A DNA stretch of 64,000 bases from Patescibacteria group bacterium. Lineage in GTDB: Bacteria > Patescibacteriota > Patescibacteriia > UBA10025 > JAHIVO01. Positions 1 through 10,082 of this stretch are shown here, piece by piece. The position numbers and the translations under genes are program-made. Within the stretch, counting starts at the first letter, position 1. Each line of letters starts with the position of its first letter. The DNA is taken from NCBI GenBank assembly GCA_028718605.1, contig JAQULM010000003.1:16971-80970 (forward strand), given 5' to 3'. Under the pieces are notes generated by a model. The model was not told where the DNA came from and did no database searches. It was given only the letters and a program-made list of their open reading frames with translations.

Positions 1-1
1 G

Positions 2-132
2 TGGGCTTACGGAGCCGTTGGGATCACGGTTCTCGCTTCAGCAGTAACTTGCTTCTGGAGCTGGGAAGTCGCGCTTGCGGTCCTCTGTATCGGGATAGGG
101 ATTACGATTTTCTTGAATAGGAGGGGCAAATA
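2..132 (+). CDS. 3' end of a membrane protein gene (partial, C-terminal hydrophobic helices)
   Basis: Frame 2 translates to WAYGAVGITVLASAVTCFWSWEVALAVLCIGIGITIFLNRRGK followed by TAA. TM-like composition. The gene is truncated by the window edge. Confidence 0.35.
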
Positions 133-220
133 ATCGTAACGCATGAAGCGTCTGATGGGTTGGGAGTTGCGACAATCCCAACGGGACAATGGGCTCCGCT
201 TGAACAAACGACAGCGGAGC

Positions 221-556
221 TCACATTTTTATTAAACAAGGACACCCTTTCTCGCGCAGCATTTTCATCTGCCGCAGCGGCGTGTCGACATACACGTTTT
301 GGCGGGAACTCCCGCGTGCTCTCCGATGATCGAGCGGTGAACGGTGCCGATAACCACGCAGTGTCATTTCACGGACAAGCAAAGAATGGCGCGCATAGAG
401 TGCTTTGAGTTTTCCGGACCACCGGACAGTTTCAGGATGGCGGCGATACCCTCGCTTATTCTGCGTCAGTACCACCCAAATGGCATGAAGCTCCCGATGT
501 TCCCCGAGGAGGTGCTGCCGGCAAAGATGCTTCGGATGGATATCCCAAATCCGCAC
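221..556 (-). CDS. pyrimidine dimer DNA glycosylase (Pyr_excise / T4 endonuclease V-like)
   Basis: MRIWDIHPKHLCRQHLLGEHRELHAIW resembles the conserved N-terminus of the Pyr_excise family (MRxWSLHPxYLD...L..EYREL). It starts 12 bp downstream of the heliorhodopsin stop on the same strand. Confidence 0.7.
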   Translation of the reverse strand: MRIWDIHPKHLCRQHLLGEHRELHAIWVVLTQNKRGYRRHPETVRWSGKLKALYARHSLLVREMTLRGYRHRSPLDHRRARGSSRQNVYVDTPLRQMKMLREKGCPCLIKM

Positions 557-568
557 GTGAGACTGCGA

Positions 569-1366
569 TCAAACGGGACGGAGCGTGCCTGCCCACACCT
601 GCCACGCGAGCAGCGACTTCGCGACGAGGCTCAAGATGATATACGCACGTTCGCCATACAGGTAATCCCGCCACTTACCGGTCTTCTTGTACTGGAGCAC
701 CATGTTCGCAGCAAATACGTTGAAGAAGAGGAAAATAGAAAAATAAATCCAGTATACGAATGTCGGCGGCTTTGCGTCACCCTCGCCGGCGCTGAACAAA
801 TAGAGCGCAACTGCTACCCACGGAATTGCTCCGGCAATGCAACCAAAAATATATGAAGTCCAGTTTGTTCTTGCGGTTGTTTGGTTATGCAGCTCCATGA
901 CCCAGCCAAACAGTATCATCATCGCGTTGAGAAAGAAAAGAAGCATCAAGCTGATGCCGTCGTAAACGCCGACGAGCAATGCAATAACCACGATCATCAG
1001 GGACGAGCTGAATGAGTATTCAACCCAGCGTGCGAGATTCATTCCCTTCAGCAGGTTGCGGTTGTACCATGCATGAATGCCAGGAACCAAGGAGATGGAC
1101 GCGTGCGCGATCGCTGATAAGAACAGAAAGGCGGCAACGAGCGGCCCGATCGGGATGTCAAAAAGCGTATTGAGAGACGGCTGGAGTTTGCCGGAGGCGA
1201 AATCCATCTTCACGAATGCCGTTGTCACGGGGACGCTAAAATCCGAACTCAGTATGAGCATAAGGACACCTTGCACAGCGTGCAAAAATGCCATGATGAT
1301 ATTGAACCGTTTGAGCTTCTTTAGTTTAATTTCCTCGGGTTGAGGTACGGTTGTTGCTGTTTCCAT
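569..1366 (-). CDS. heliorhodopsin (7-TM retinal protein)
   Basis: 265 aa with 7 TM segments. Strong similarity to heliorhodopsin 48C12: RWVEYSFSSSLMIV (counterion Glu), MILFGWVMELHNQ, FGCIAGAIPW, GERAYIILSLVAKSLLAWQVWAGTLRPV (retinal Schiff-base Lys in SLVAKS). Confidence 0.9.
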   Translation of the reverse strand: METATTVPQPEEIKLKKLKRFNIIMAFLHAVQGVLMLILSSDFSVPVTTAFVKMDFASGKLQPSLNTLFDIPIGPLVAAFLFLSAIAHASISLVPGIHAWYNRNLLKGMNLARWVEYSFSSSLMIVVIALLVGVYDGISLMLLFFLNAMMILFGWVMELHNQTTARTNWTSYIFGCIAGAIPWVAVALYLFSAGEGDAKPPTFVYWIYFSIFLFFNVFAANMVLQYKKTGKWRDYLYGERAYIILSLVAKSLLAWQVWAGTLRPV

Positions 1367-1447
1367 AATGTTTAAAATTATTTGGTAACACTATAATATT
1401 ACCTAAAAATACAGACATGTCCAATTCGTGCATTTGCGCGTTTTAAG

Positions 1448-1494
1448 AGATAAAAATAACGCCCGCCGTGAATCACGATACCACAGCGGGCGTA
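1448..1494 (-). terminator. rho-independent terminator downstream of the 1498..2013 gene
   Basis: Hairpin acgcccgc ... gcgggcgt immediately after the stop codon, followed on the minus strand by TTATTTTTAT. Confidence 0.5.
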
Positions 1495-1497
1495 TGC

Positions 1498-2013
1498 CTA
1501 ATACTCGGAGCGGCGGAATCGCCGTATAACCCTCTTCACGAAGTCCGTCCGCAGCCACACAAAAAACTTTTTCATGTACGGTGCGCCAAGGAACATGGAT
1601 AAATCGGAAACGAGGACACCGAAGATAATTCCGGTGTTGAATCCGCTGATCCAGTGTATGCCCAAATCTACGAGCGCTGGACGTAGGAAAAGAGTGTCGA
1701 TGATTTCAATCCCAAGATACTCTTCTGATATATCGCGGATCGCCTTGAAAATGGTCCGTAGGTACTTCCCATTGTCCGGCTTATAGCGCTCATGTTTCCA
1801 GTGGTAACAGAGGGCCATAGTAATCGCGCATATATAGAAAGCGATGAGATCAGACCATGAAATCACCTCGTCAATCACGATACGATTATCTGTATATTGA
1901 ATGACGATGTTACCGCCGATGAGCGCCCCGAGGACACTTGCGACGATTTGGTTTCTATACCTTCGTAGGCGCTCCTCAAACCATCTGATAAGAGAAACCC
2001 ATACGCGTTTCAA
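1498..2013 (-). CDS. hypothetical membrane protein
   Basis: 171-aa ORF with hydrophobic segments. It is followed by a terminator. No recognisable family. Confidence 0.45.
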   Translation of the reverse strand: MKRVWVSLIRWFEERLRRYRNQIVASVLGALIGGNIVIQYTDNRIVIDEVISWSDLIAFYICAITMALCYHWKHERYKPDNGKYLRTIFKAIRDISEEYLGIEIIDTLFLRPALVDLGIHWISGFNTGIIFGVLVSDLSMFLGAPYMKKFFVWLRTDFVKRVIRRFRRSEY

Positions 2014-2191
2014 AGGACCTCCTGTTTGTCTTTGTTGAATTTATCAAGAGAGTGTACCTCACAATTTGCTCCCTGTCAAGGGCAAGGGATAAATTGACAA
2101 TTCATCGAATTATGCGATACTTGGATAAACTTTGACATTCACTATACCGCTGCCATGAATATGGCGGTAAACCTGTAGTATCGGAGGAAGT

Positions 2192-2587
2192 ATGCCGGAA
2201 ATCACCGACATAACGACAGACAAGGTGCACAAACCTCTTGGGCACTATGTGGCGGCAAAAGTAATCCCACCCGAAAAGAAGCTCGTGCTTCTTTCGGGCG
2301 TGCTGCCCATGGACAAGGATGGGGATGCCGTGCTTCCGGGGCATGCGTACGATTCGGCAACACTGGCGCTGAAGATCGGCCTCACGATCATCGAGGAAGC
2401 AGGGGGGACCATTGAGAGTTTCGCCAAGATCACGGTTTACCTCAACGATCCGAGATTTTCGGAGTTGGTCGACAGAGCGTTCGACGATTTCTTCGGAACA
2501 CATTTCACCGCGCGTGTCATGATCGCGGTGAGCGGCGGCATTCCGAAAGGCCTGGATTTGGAGCTCGACATCACGGCTGCCGTGTAG
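2192..2587 (+). CDS. ridA: RidA/YjgF family reactive-intermediate deaminase
   Basis: 131 aa, typical RidA length and sequence (HYVAAKVIP..LLFLSGVLP..ITVYLND). GGAGG RBS 6 nt upstream. Confidence 0.85.
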   Translation: MPEITDITTDKVHKPLGHYVAAKVIPPEKKLVLLSGVLPMDKDGDAVLPGHAYDSATLALKIGLTIIEEAGGTIESFAKITVYLNDPRFSELVDRAFDDFFGTHFTARVMIAVSGGIPKGLDLELDITAAV

Positions 2588-2672
2588 TATTGGCCGAGCT
2601 CGAACGAAAACTGGCACCCAAAAAGGACTGCGTGGTATCAACTGCGCAGTCCTTCATCATTTTCTATCAAGT

Positions 2673-2960
2673 TTATGACAACTCCCTGAACATCGTTCGT
2701 TCCCACTCAGGAAAATATGTAGAAATATCTTCAATTTCAAATTCGCTCAGTATCGAATTTTGATTCTCGCGCTCGAGCAGAAATTCTATCGACTTTCGAA
2801 GAAGCTTGTCGGCTTCCGTATCATTGCCAGTAATGCGCCGGCATGTCATAAGCGGTACCGCGACAATATGTTCCGTCGAATTATTCCCATCAGAAATCCG
2901 TACGGTATATTGCCACCCGCTGTCGTTTTCGGTCTTTTTAATAATATGAATGTCGGCCAT
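2673..2960 (-). CDS. hypothetical protein
   Basis: ORF with no family assignment. The start is placed at the internal Met (MADIH) because the longer ORF would overlap the upstream terminator hairpin. Confidence 0.3.
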   Translation of the reverse strand: MADIHIIKKTENDSGWQYTVRISDGNNSTEHIVAVPLMTCRRITGNDTEADKLLRKSIEFLLERENQNSILSEFEIEDISTYFPEWERTMFRELS

Positions 2961-3016
2961 AGAAAATTTATTACTGCATCTGCAGTATATACAATCTATC
3001 AGCAATTTACCATATA

Positions 3017-3051
3017 CTAAAACTGCCCGCTGATTCACGCGGGCAGTTTTG
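3017..3051 (-). terminator. bidirectional hairpin terminator downstream of 3062..3799
   Basis: ctgcccgc tgattcac gcgggcag flanked by A-run and T-run. Confidence 0.5.
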
Positions 3052-3061
3052 TGGGAGACAT

Positions 3062-3799
3062 TTATTGCTTCGGCTGCTGCGAGCGCAATTGCGCTGTCTT
3101 CCGTTTGATCAGAATATAAATGACGATTAAAAGCGCCAGGACGACAAATACCAGCACGATGCGCATCGCCTCATCGCCGCCATCTTCATCATCATCTGCG
3201 GTTCCGGCCGTCGTATTCACGTTTTCATCTGCATTCGTGTTTACATTCGAATTTGAGCCAGCGATTAAATTCACGTTCGTATTCGAATTCCCATTCTCGT
3301 TCGTCGGCGATGGCGCAATCAAGCTCGGCTCCTCATTCGTATTCCCTGCCGCAATGCCGTACAAACGCACGGTACCAGTGCTGCCTGGCTTCAGGCACTG
3401 GTATGCATTCGCAATTTTGGTGGTGTAGGCGCCTGCGGGAAACGCCTTATTAATTGTATAATCCGCGTTGCACCAGGATGTCTGGTACGGATCACAAGCT
3501 GACCGTAGTGCGGTAAATGACGCGAAATCAGCGCCGTCTTTTGTAACGGTCACGGGAAGCTCTGTTTCCCCTGTCTGCCACTTGTACCACAGCTGAATCT
3601 TGGTGACGTTTAAATCCTCGCTCAGTGTCCATTCGGATGTATCGGTTAATGAACACCCGCCGAGGTAGTTGTCCGTCGAGTCGAACAATGTGACCTCAGC
3701 TGCTGTGTTTGTCTGGGCAAAACCCGCTGGTGCGATAAAGAATGCCGCAGCGACGATGCCCAGGATAATCCATGTTTTTTTCATTTCTTTCTTTGCCAA
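3062..3799 (-). CDS. secreted, C-terminally membrane-anchored surface protein (hypothetical)
   Basis: N-terminal signal peptide (MKKTWIILGIVAAAFFIAPAGFA), globular domain, Asn/Thr-rich low-complexity linker, and a C-terminal TM helix followed by a basic tail (KRKTAQLR). Confidence 0.6.
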   Translation of the reverse strand: MAKKEMKKTWIILGIVAAAFFIAPAGFAQTNTAAEVTLFDSTDNYLGGCSLTDTSEWTLSEDLNVTKIQLWYKWQTGETELPVTVTKDGADFASFTALRSACDPYQTSWCNADYTINKAFPAGAYTTKIANAYQCLKPGSTGTVRLYGIAAGNTNEEPSLIAPSPTNENGNSNTNVNLIAGSNSNVNTNADENVNTTAGTADDDEDGGDEAMRIVLVFVVLALLIVIYILIKRKTAQLRSQQPKQ

Positions 3800-4283
3800 T
3801 TATTAATTAATCCCCCTGAACGCACAAGGGCAGCATATGTAAAAAATCTGTTGAAGCCTCCTCCCGTACCATTATGGAGCAATTTAATTAAATAATCAAC
3901 CTCAATCTTTTGGATAAATAAAAAAGGTGCCGGGAGAACAGCGATCCGTAAAGGAGGATCCTCACGCAGCCGGCACACACTACAAGATTCGCTTTAAGCG
4001 AGACGAGGGCGGGGCATCGCGCACACAACGGAGGCGATGCGGCCCCACTATGGCGAATCCCGGCTGGCTGCTCTCCCGGGCTTTCTGGACTCACGCGCCA
4101 GTGAATACGGCGATCCCTTTCACCGCCCATACATACAGATCGCGCCTGCACCGTAGCATTCCAACCTGAGCGTTGTCAATGGCAACCCACCGCAAACCGA
4201 TTCCTGTTGACTTATCTCCGACTGTACTGTAGGATACTACGATGCACCAAAACCAAAGAGATAAACAGTAAACCTATAGCCCA

Positions 4284-4700
4284 TTGGGGGGAACCATGGA
4301 ACCAGTGAGTAGTTGTGACAAGACACGGTACTTATCCGTGGAAGCGCTCGGAGCGGACTACACCGTTACGTGCCGAGAAGGCGAAACAGTGGTCGGGCAA
4401 TTTCGATGCTCGGCCGGCACCATTAGCCTGATCGTGTACTTCCTGCAACATCGGCTACTGCAGAAGGTTTCGATCGGCGTCACCGATCTTATGGTGTATA
4501 ATCTGATGCGTGATCTGCGCATCGAGCACCTGGATCCGAGCCATCAGGAACAGTGCACGCTGTTTTTCCCGGGGGTCGAGGACAAGCCGACGACAGTGCT
4601 GGTCGCAGATATGATTGCCCTCCTGGGTTCTTGCCCCCACGTCCAGATGCCGCAGTTCTGGGATCCAGGAATGGTGCCTGTCAGCCATCCGCAGTTCTAA
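4284..4700 (+). CDS. hypothetical protein
   Basis: 138-aa ORF followed by a clear terminator. No family recognised. Confidence 0.4.
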   Translation: MGGTMEPVSSCDKTRYLSVEALGADYTVTCREGETVVGQFRCSAGTISLIVYFLQHRLLQKVSIGVTDLMVYNLMRDLRIEHLDPSHQEQCTLFFPGVEDKPTTVLVADMIALLGSCPHVQMPQFWDPGMVPVSHPQF

Positions 4701-4719
4701 GTGCACCATCAGCAATACC

Positions 4720-4749
4720 GACCCGCGCCTCCGGACGCGGGTCTTTACT
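4720..4749 (+). terminator. rho-independent terminator
   Basis: gacccgcg cctccgga cgcgggtc followed by TTT. Confidence 0.55.
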
Positions 4750-4762
4750 TTCTTATACAGCA

Positions 4763-4792
4763 AACAGGCTTGCGTTTTCGCAAGCCTGTTTA
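4763..4792 (-). terminator. hairpin terminator downstream of paralog 1
   Basis: aaacaggcttgcg tttt cgcaagcctgttt, a perfect 13-bp stem. Confidence 0.45.
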
Positions 4793-4818
4793 ATTATTAC
4801 GTACCGTTGACCGAACTA

Positions 4819-5963
4819 TTACTTCCCGAAATTCACCCCGCCGCGGAAACCGATCGGAAACACCCAGAACCAGTCTTTGAGCACCCCGGTGTCGGTGTCG
4901 TAGTCATACACCCGGAGATTCGGGCCGCCGTGGGATGCCGGGGAGGTCATGACCTCGTCAAACCCGTCAGCGTCGACGTCGTTCACGAACAGGTTAACGC
5001 CACCCATGAAATGGGCGTCGTACGCCATGAATGAATCAACTTCTTCGAAATCGCCCCCCTGGTACCGCAACACCTTCACTGTGGAATCGCCAAGCGTCTT
5101 GGGGGCAAGCACCACCTCATTGGAGCCGTCACCGTCCGTATCCCCCACCTGCATGGACAGGGTGCCGCGATAGGAGCTGTCGTACGCCATGAGCCAGTCG
5201 AGGAGCTCCAGCTCGTCACTGCCATTCAGTGTGTAAATGCGGATGTTCGGGCCGCCGTTCAGGAAGGGCGCGACGATGATGTCGTCGTTCCCGTCAGAAT
5301 CCACATCCCCGGTAGCCACCTGCACACCGCCAAAGAAGGTGTCTTGGTACGCGGTAACGCTATCGACTAAATCAAACTCCTGGTCTGCGGCGCTATAGCG
5401 GAATACCTTTACAATGGGCGCCATCGCGCCGCGCGGGGTTACGATGAGCTCGTCAACACCGTCGGAATCCAGGTCACCCGATGCCAGGTTGACCCCGCCG
5501 CGGAACTCCTCGCTGTAGCCAAAAAACCAGTCCATGAGCTCAAATTCCTCTTCAGCGACATTGTACGTATAGATGCGGATGTTCGGGCCGCCGGCGCCGA
5601 TCGGCGTCACGGCAATGTCTTCCTTGTGGTCGCCGTCAAAGTCGCCCGTGGCAAGGTTGACGCCGCCGGTAAATCCCTCGTTGAACGCGAGGGTATTCGC
5701 CATTTCCGTGCCATCGAGCTCAAACGCCTTGATGCGGGACTCAACCCCGGCGCCGGGGGTGATAACAATTTCATTCACGCTGTCTGCGTCAATATCTGCC
5801 TGCGCAACTTCGAGGCCCATGCGCAAACTCTGGTCGTAGGCGAAGAACGACTCGATCTGGGTGCCGTCATCCTCGACGATGCGCACGTTGGGGCCGCCTG
5901 CTGAGGCGGGGGTAACGACGATGCCGAGGGATGGGATCGCGTCTGAAGTCATAAAGGTCCATG
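4819..5963. repeat. ~1.14-kb near-identical direct repeat, copy A (3' part of paralog 1)
   Basis: Identical to 32513..33658 apart from 2 nt near the stop. Antisense ORF-track entries 4949..5173, 5573..5839 and 5626..5904 are identical to 32643..32867, 33267..33533 and 33320..33598. Confidence 0.85.
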
Positions 5964-7407
5964 CAGTTTGCGACTCGTTTCCCAGTTCATCACTTGCCGT
6001 TACCGCAACCTCAACAGTTTCGCGGTAATAAAAGTTATCATCTGGATTGATAGTCACCGTGTAACCGTGGGTGCCATTCCAGCCCATTGTACCACCATAC
6101 CCAGACTCATAAACTCCATCGGTAACCGCCCGATGGCCGTTTATGGTTACGTCAATCGAATAGGTATCAACTTCCCAGAGCTCGTCACTGACGAAAAAGC
6201 TCACGTCAGAATTTGGTGAAACGCCGGTTTCTGCGCTTCCCGGGCTCAAGTTGTCAAACGTCGGCCCTGTTGTATCGGCAACAAATCCGTCCCAAACGCC
6301 TGCGCCATCAACAGTATTCTCGGTACCGATATATAAATGATGGCCATGCTCGACCAATCCATACGCGCGCGTATTGCTGCTATCGCCGAATCCGTCATCA
6401 TTCACCTGGGCAAAGGTGTTACCATCGTACGTCCAGACCTCTGCACCAGTTACGAGGTTGCGCGTGCCAAACGTCAGTGTACTGTTGTACTTGGTAATCG
6501 CAAGCAAGGTCGCGTTATTCAAATCGCCGAAGCCATCATCACCGATCTGGGTAAAAGTACTGCCGTCGTACGTCCAGGCTTCCACGCCGGTCGTCGGGTT
6601 CCATGTCCCAATATACAATACGCTACCGTTTGCATAGAGGGAAAACGGCTCCAAATTATTGATGTCACCAAACCCATCATCGTTGAGCGCAGTCCAGGAT
6701 GTTCCGTCGTATTCATGGAGTTGCCCGCCGGTTACCACATTGCCCGCGCCTGCTAAAAGCTTCCCATTATACTCAACCAGGGAATCGGTGTACAAATTGC
6801 CAGCATCGCCGAATCCGTCATCGTTCACCTGGTTCCAGTCGGTGCCATCGTATGACCAAATCTCAGCGCCAGTCCAAAAATTGTACGAACCAACATACAG
6901 CTTTTCATCAAAGACGAGCATCGAAAAACCGCTAAAGTTGTGCACATCGCCGAAACCATTGGTATTAACCTGGGTCCACACGCTACTGCGGTACCGCCAC
7001 ACCTCGACGCCAGTAATTTCATTGTACGTAGCGACATACAGTGAGCCATTATATTCCGCCATGCTGCTAATAATAACATTGTTTGCATCCCCGAAGCCAT
7101 CAGTATTCACTTGGCTCCAGACATCACCATCATACGCCCACACTTCAGCGCCAGTTGTGGCATTTGATGTGCCGACATAGAGCTGATCAGAGCTCACCAG
7201 CGACATCGTACGGGTGTTATTCACATCACCGAACCCGCCACTGTCACTTTCTGACCAGGTAATTGCAGCGTGCACACTGGCCGGAACCAGCCACGCTGCA
7301 ACAGCAAAAACAGCCACGGCAATGAATGCCCTGACATTGTGTCCATTTCCCATACTCGTATGTTTAATTGTTATCCCTCTCGCATTCAGTATAGTATACA
7401 ATTCCAC
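4819..7407 (-). CDS. large secreted two-propeller protein, paralog 1: N-terminal YDG..W..QVN.DGFGD repeats, Ig-like middle domain, C-terminal FG-GAP-like repeats
   Basis: 862 aa with signal peptide. About 7 N-terminal ~50-aa repeats (..TG.E.W.YDG..W.QVN.DGFGD..N). 7 C-terminal repeats of GGVNLATGDFDGDHKEDIAV type (FG-GAP/integrin-alpha-like). Ends in FRGGVNFGK. Confidence 0.8.
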   Translation of the reverse strand: MELYTILNARGITIKHTSMGNGHNVRAFIAVAVFAVAAWLVPASVHAAITWSESDSGGFGDVNNTRTMSLVSSDQLYVGTSNATTGAEVWAYDGDVWSQVNTDGFGDANNVIISSMAEYNGSLYVATYNEITGVEVWRYRSSVWTQVNTNGFGDVHNFSGFSMLVFDEKLYVGSYNFWTGAEIWSYDGTDWNQVNDDGFGDAGNLYTDSLVEYNGKLLAGAGNVVTGGQLHEYDGTSWTALNDDGFGDINNLEPFSLYANGSVLYIGTWNPTTGVEAWTYDGSTFTQIGDDGFGDLNNATLLAITKYNSTLTFGTRNLVTGAEVWTYDGNTFAQVNDDGFGDSSNTRAYGLVEHGHHLYIGTENTVDGAGVWDGFVADTTGPTFDNLSPGSAETGVSPNSDVSFFVSDELWEVDTYSIDVTINGHRAVTDGVYESGYGGTMGWNGTHGYTVTINPDDNFYYRETVEVAVTASDELGNESQTAWTFMTSDAIPSLGIVVTPASAGGPNVRIVEDDGTQIESFFAYDQSLRMGLEVAQADIDADSVNEIVITPGAGVESRIKAFELDGTEMANTLAFNEGFTGGVNLATGDFDGDHKEDIAVTPIGAGGPNIRIYTYNVAEEEFELMDWFFGYSEEFRGGVNLASGDLDSDGVDELIVTPRGAMAPIVKVFRYSAADQEFDLVDSVTAYQDTFFGGVQVATGDVDSDGNDDIIVAPFLNGGPNIRIYTLNGSDELELLDWLMAYDSSYRGTLSMQVGDTDGDGSNEVVLAPKTLGDSTVKVLRYQGGDFEEVDSFMAYDAHFMGGVNLFVNDVDADGFDEVMTSPASHGGPNLRVYDYDTDTGVLKDWFWVFPIGFRGGVNFGK

Positions 7408-7443
7408 TTACATGCAATAAAAACGACAGTATTGGAATTTCTG

Positions 7444-8181
7444 TTATTTCTGTTTCACTCCCTCGACCATCAGGCTCTCGAGCGGAATGCCCTGGTATTG
7501 TTGTTTACTGATCTTTTTGTTCTCGGACAAAATTGTAACATTGAATCCAGCTTCTTCCATCATAGTAATATAAACGTCCTTCAACAAAGCACCGCCAACG
7601 CATCCTGCGATCAGCTCCTCGTTCTTCCGCTGCTCCGGCGTGAGCTCAGCAAGCAATACAATATCCGATACGTACATTTTGCCTTCTGGTTTCAGCACAC
7701 GATGCGCTTCTTTGAAAACTTTCAGCTTGTCCGGCGCTAGGTTGATGACGCAGTTTGAAATAATTACATCTACCGAATTATCTTCAACTGGCAGCTGCTC
7801 GATGTCTCCGAATCTGAATTCAACATTGGTAAAACGGCCTTTGTCAGCATTTGCTTTTGCAGTTTTGATCATTTTTTCTGTAAAATCAACGCCAATGACT
7901 TTTCCGGTTATCCCGGTCTTTTTAGACGCAAGGAAGCAATCAATACCGCCGCCACTTCCTAAATCAACAACGGTATCACCGGGCTTGATCTTGCTAAACG
8001 CGGTCGGATTGCCACACCCCAAACCCATGTTCGCATCGCCGACCGCTTTCAATTGTTCAGCGGTATAACCTATTTGTGAAGCAATCGCATCCTTGCTGTT
8101 GCATGAACATGAACAACCGCAGTTTGGTTTGTTCGCAATTTCAGAATATTTTCTTTTAATAATGTTTTTAGTGTTAGGCAT
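7444..8181 (-). CDS. arsM: arsenite S-adenosylmethionine methyltransferase-like (ArsM/Cyt19 family)
   Basis: SAM-MTase motif [11 protein letters not shown] and conserved Cys pairs (NCGCSCSC N-terminal, LGCGNP, CVGG). Typical ArsM length from the internal Met MPNTK. Confidence 0.7.
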   Translation of the reverse strand: MPNTKNIIKRKYSEIANKPNCGCSCSCNSKDAIASQIGYTAEQLKAVGDANMGLGCGNPTAFSKIKPGDTVVDLGSGGGIDCFLASKKTGITGKVIGVDFTEKMIKTAKANADKGRFTNVEFRFGDIEQLPVEDNSVDVIISNCVINLAPDKLKVFKEAHRVLKPEGKMYVSDIVLLAELTPEQRKNEELIAGCVGGALLKDVYITMMEEAGFNVTILSENKKISKQQYQGIPLESLMVEGVKQK

Positions 8182-8242
8182 GAATCGATTATAACATACA
8201 ATTGCAGGCTGAAAAATCCCCCCCAAAGCACAAAGATTGCAC

Positions 8243-10039
8243 CTACCCATTCCGCGCACGCTTGCGCTCATTGACAGTCAGATATTTCTTTCGCAATCGG
8301 ACGCTCTTCGGCGTAACTTCAAGATATTCGTCTTCCGCCATGATTTCCAGTCCCCGCTCAATGGTCAGCTCCATCGGCGGCGCAAGCTGGATGGATTCAT
8401 CGGTGCCGGACTCGCGCATATTCGTGAGGCGCTTGCCCTTGACCGGGTTCACCGCAATATCAACGCCTTTCGACGTATTGCCGATCACCATGCCTTCGTA
8501 AATTTCCGCGCCAGGCCCGATGTACAGCGTGCCGCGCTGCTGCAGCGTATCCAGCGAATACCCGAGCGCCTTGCCGGTTGCCATGGAAACCATTGAGCCA
8601 GCGTCACGCTTATTAATGTCACCTGCCAGCGGACGGTAACCGATAAAACGGGAACACAAAATCCCCTCACCCCTCGTATCAACGATAAATTCGCTCCGGT
8701 ACCCCAGAAGTCCGCGGGTCGGGATTTCAAACAGCATCCGCAAGACGCCGGCGGTGTGTTCAATGTGAGTCACGATTCCCTTGCGCTTGCCGATTTTTTC
8801 CATCACGATACCGGATGACACTTCCGGCACATCAACCGTCACCTCTTCAAACGGTTCCATTTTTTTGCCGTCGATTTCCTTAATGATGACCTGAGGCTGC
8901 GACACCTGCACTTCGAAGCCTTCGCGGCGCATATTTTCTATGAGTATGGCAACATGCAGTTCGCCCCTGCCGTATACCTTATAGGCGTCTGATGAAAAAT
9001 CGATCTTTAAGCCAACGTTTACTTCCAGTTCTTTTTCAAGCCGCTCCCGCAGCTGCCTATTGGTCACAAACGTCCCTTCCCTGCCGGCAAGCGGCGAGTT
9101 GTTCACGAGAAAATTGAGCGAAATGGTCGGTTCATCCACCGTAATGGCGGGTAACGCTTCCTGGTCCTCACGTTCGCACAGCGTCTCGCCAATATCAATA
9201 TTCGGGAAGCCGGCGATCATCACGATATCACCCGCATCCGCCCGCTCAACCGCTACACGCTGTATTCCTTTGAATGTAAACAGTTTCGTCACCTTGCCGT
9301 GCTGCCCAGCGCCATCAGGCTTTTTCAGCACAAGCGTACTGCCGGACTGTACCGTGCCCTCATACACGCGGCCGATTGCCAAACGGCCGAGGTAATTGTC
9401 GTAGCCGAGGTTGAACGGCTGGAACCGGAACGGTACCGAGGTATCAGCGGGCGCTGGGTGCACCTTCAGCAAAATCGTATCAAGAAGCGGGGCCAAATCA
9501 CGGGATTCGTCTTCGAGATTCAGTTTGGCGATCCCGTCGCGGCCGACGGCGTACACCGTCGTGAAATCCAGCTGCTCATCGCTCGCGCCAAGGTCGAGGA
9601 ATAACTCGTACACTTCTTCCTGCGCTAAATCCGGATCAGCGGCCGGCTTGTCAATTTTATTGATAACGACGATCGGCATAATTCCGAGTTCGAGCGATTT
9701 TTTCAAGACAAACCGCGTCTGGGGCATCGGGCCTTCTTGCGCATCGACGACCAGCAGCACGCTGTCGATCGAGCGCAGGACCCGCTCAACTTCTGAGCCG
9801 AAATCCGCATGCCCGGGCGTATCCACGATATTAATCTTCGTACCGCGGTAGAACACCGAGGCGTTTTTTGAATAGATGGTAATGCCCCGCTCTTTTTCCA
9901 GCGCATTCGAATCCATGCTGGCTGTTGCGTCGGTAACCATGCCGGTCTGACGCATAATGGCGTCAGTGAGCAGTGTCTTCCCATGGTCTACATGCGCGAT
10001 GATGGCGATATTACGTATTTGCATACTTTGTGATACCAA
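8243..10039 (-). CDS. typA: translational GTPase TypA/BipA
   Basis: 598 aa. [18 protein letters not shown] and NKID G-motifs. EF-G-like domains. Confidence 0.9.
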   Translation of the reverse strand: MVSQSMQIRNIAIIAHVDHGKTLLTDAIMRQTGMVTDATASMDSNALEKERGITIYSKNASVFYRGTKINIVDTPGHADFGSEVERVLRSIDSVLLVVDAQEGPMPQTRFVLKKSLELGIMPIVVINKIDKPAADPDLAQEEVYELFLDLGASDEQLDFTTVYAVGRDGIAKLNLEDESRDLAPLLDTILLKVHPAPADTSVPFRFQPFNLGYDNYLGRLAIGRVYEGTVQSGSTLVLKKPDGAGQHGKVTKLFTFKGIQRVAVERADAGDIVMIAGFPNIDIGETLCEREDQEALPAITVDEPTISLNFLVNNSPLAGREGTFVTNRQLRERLEKELEVNVGLKIDFSSDAYKVYGRGELHVAILIENMRREGFEVQVSQPQVIIKEIDGKKMEPFEEVTVDVPEVSSGIVMEKIGKRKGIVTHIEHTAGVLRMLFEIPTRGLLGYRSEFIVDTRGEGILCSRFIGYRPLAGDINKRDAGSMVSMATGKALGYSLDTLQQRGTLYIGPGAEIYEGMVIGNTSKGVDIAVNPVKGKRLTNMRESGTDESIQLAPPMELTIERGLEIMAEDEYLEVTPKSVRLRKKYLTVNERKRARNG

Positions 10040-10082
10040 AAACTTTAACGCTTACCTAACAGAGGAGCGCTGATGGTTGATA

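Noticed and set aside
160-856. Plus-strand ORFs 160..408 and 344..856 overlapping the glycosylase and heliorhodopsin genes
   Set aside because: They are antisense to two confidently assigned minus-strand genes. They have no recognisable domains and GC-rich codon composition typical of shadow ORFs.
2102-2641. 179-aa minus-strand ORF overlapping ridA
   Set aside because: It lies fully antisense to a clear RidA gene that has a strong RBS. Arg-rich, low-complexity translation.
5573-7180. Numerous plus-strand ORFs (e.g. 6337..6756, 6659..7180, 33744..34175, 34172..34819, 15446..16111) inside the three large paralog genes
   Set aside because: All are antisense to long, repeat-structured, signal-peptide-bearing genes. 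Their translations are low-complexity (P/S/T/R-rich). Their duplication between loci only reflects the nucleotide repeat.
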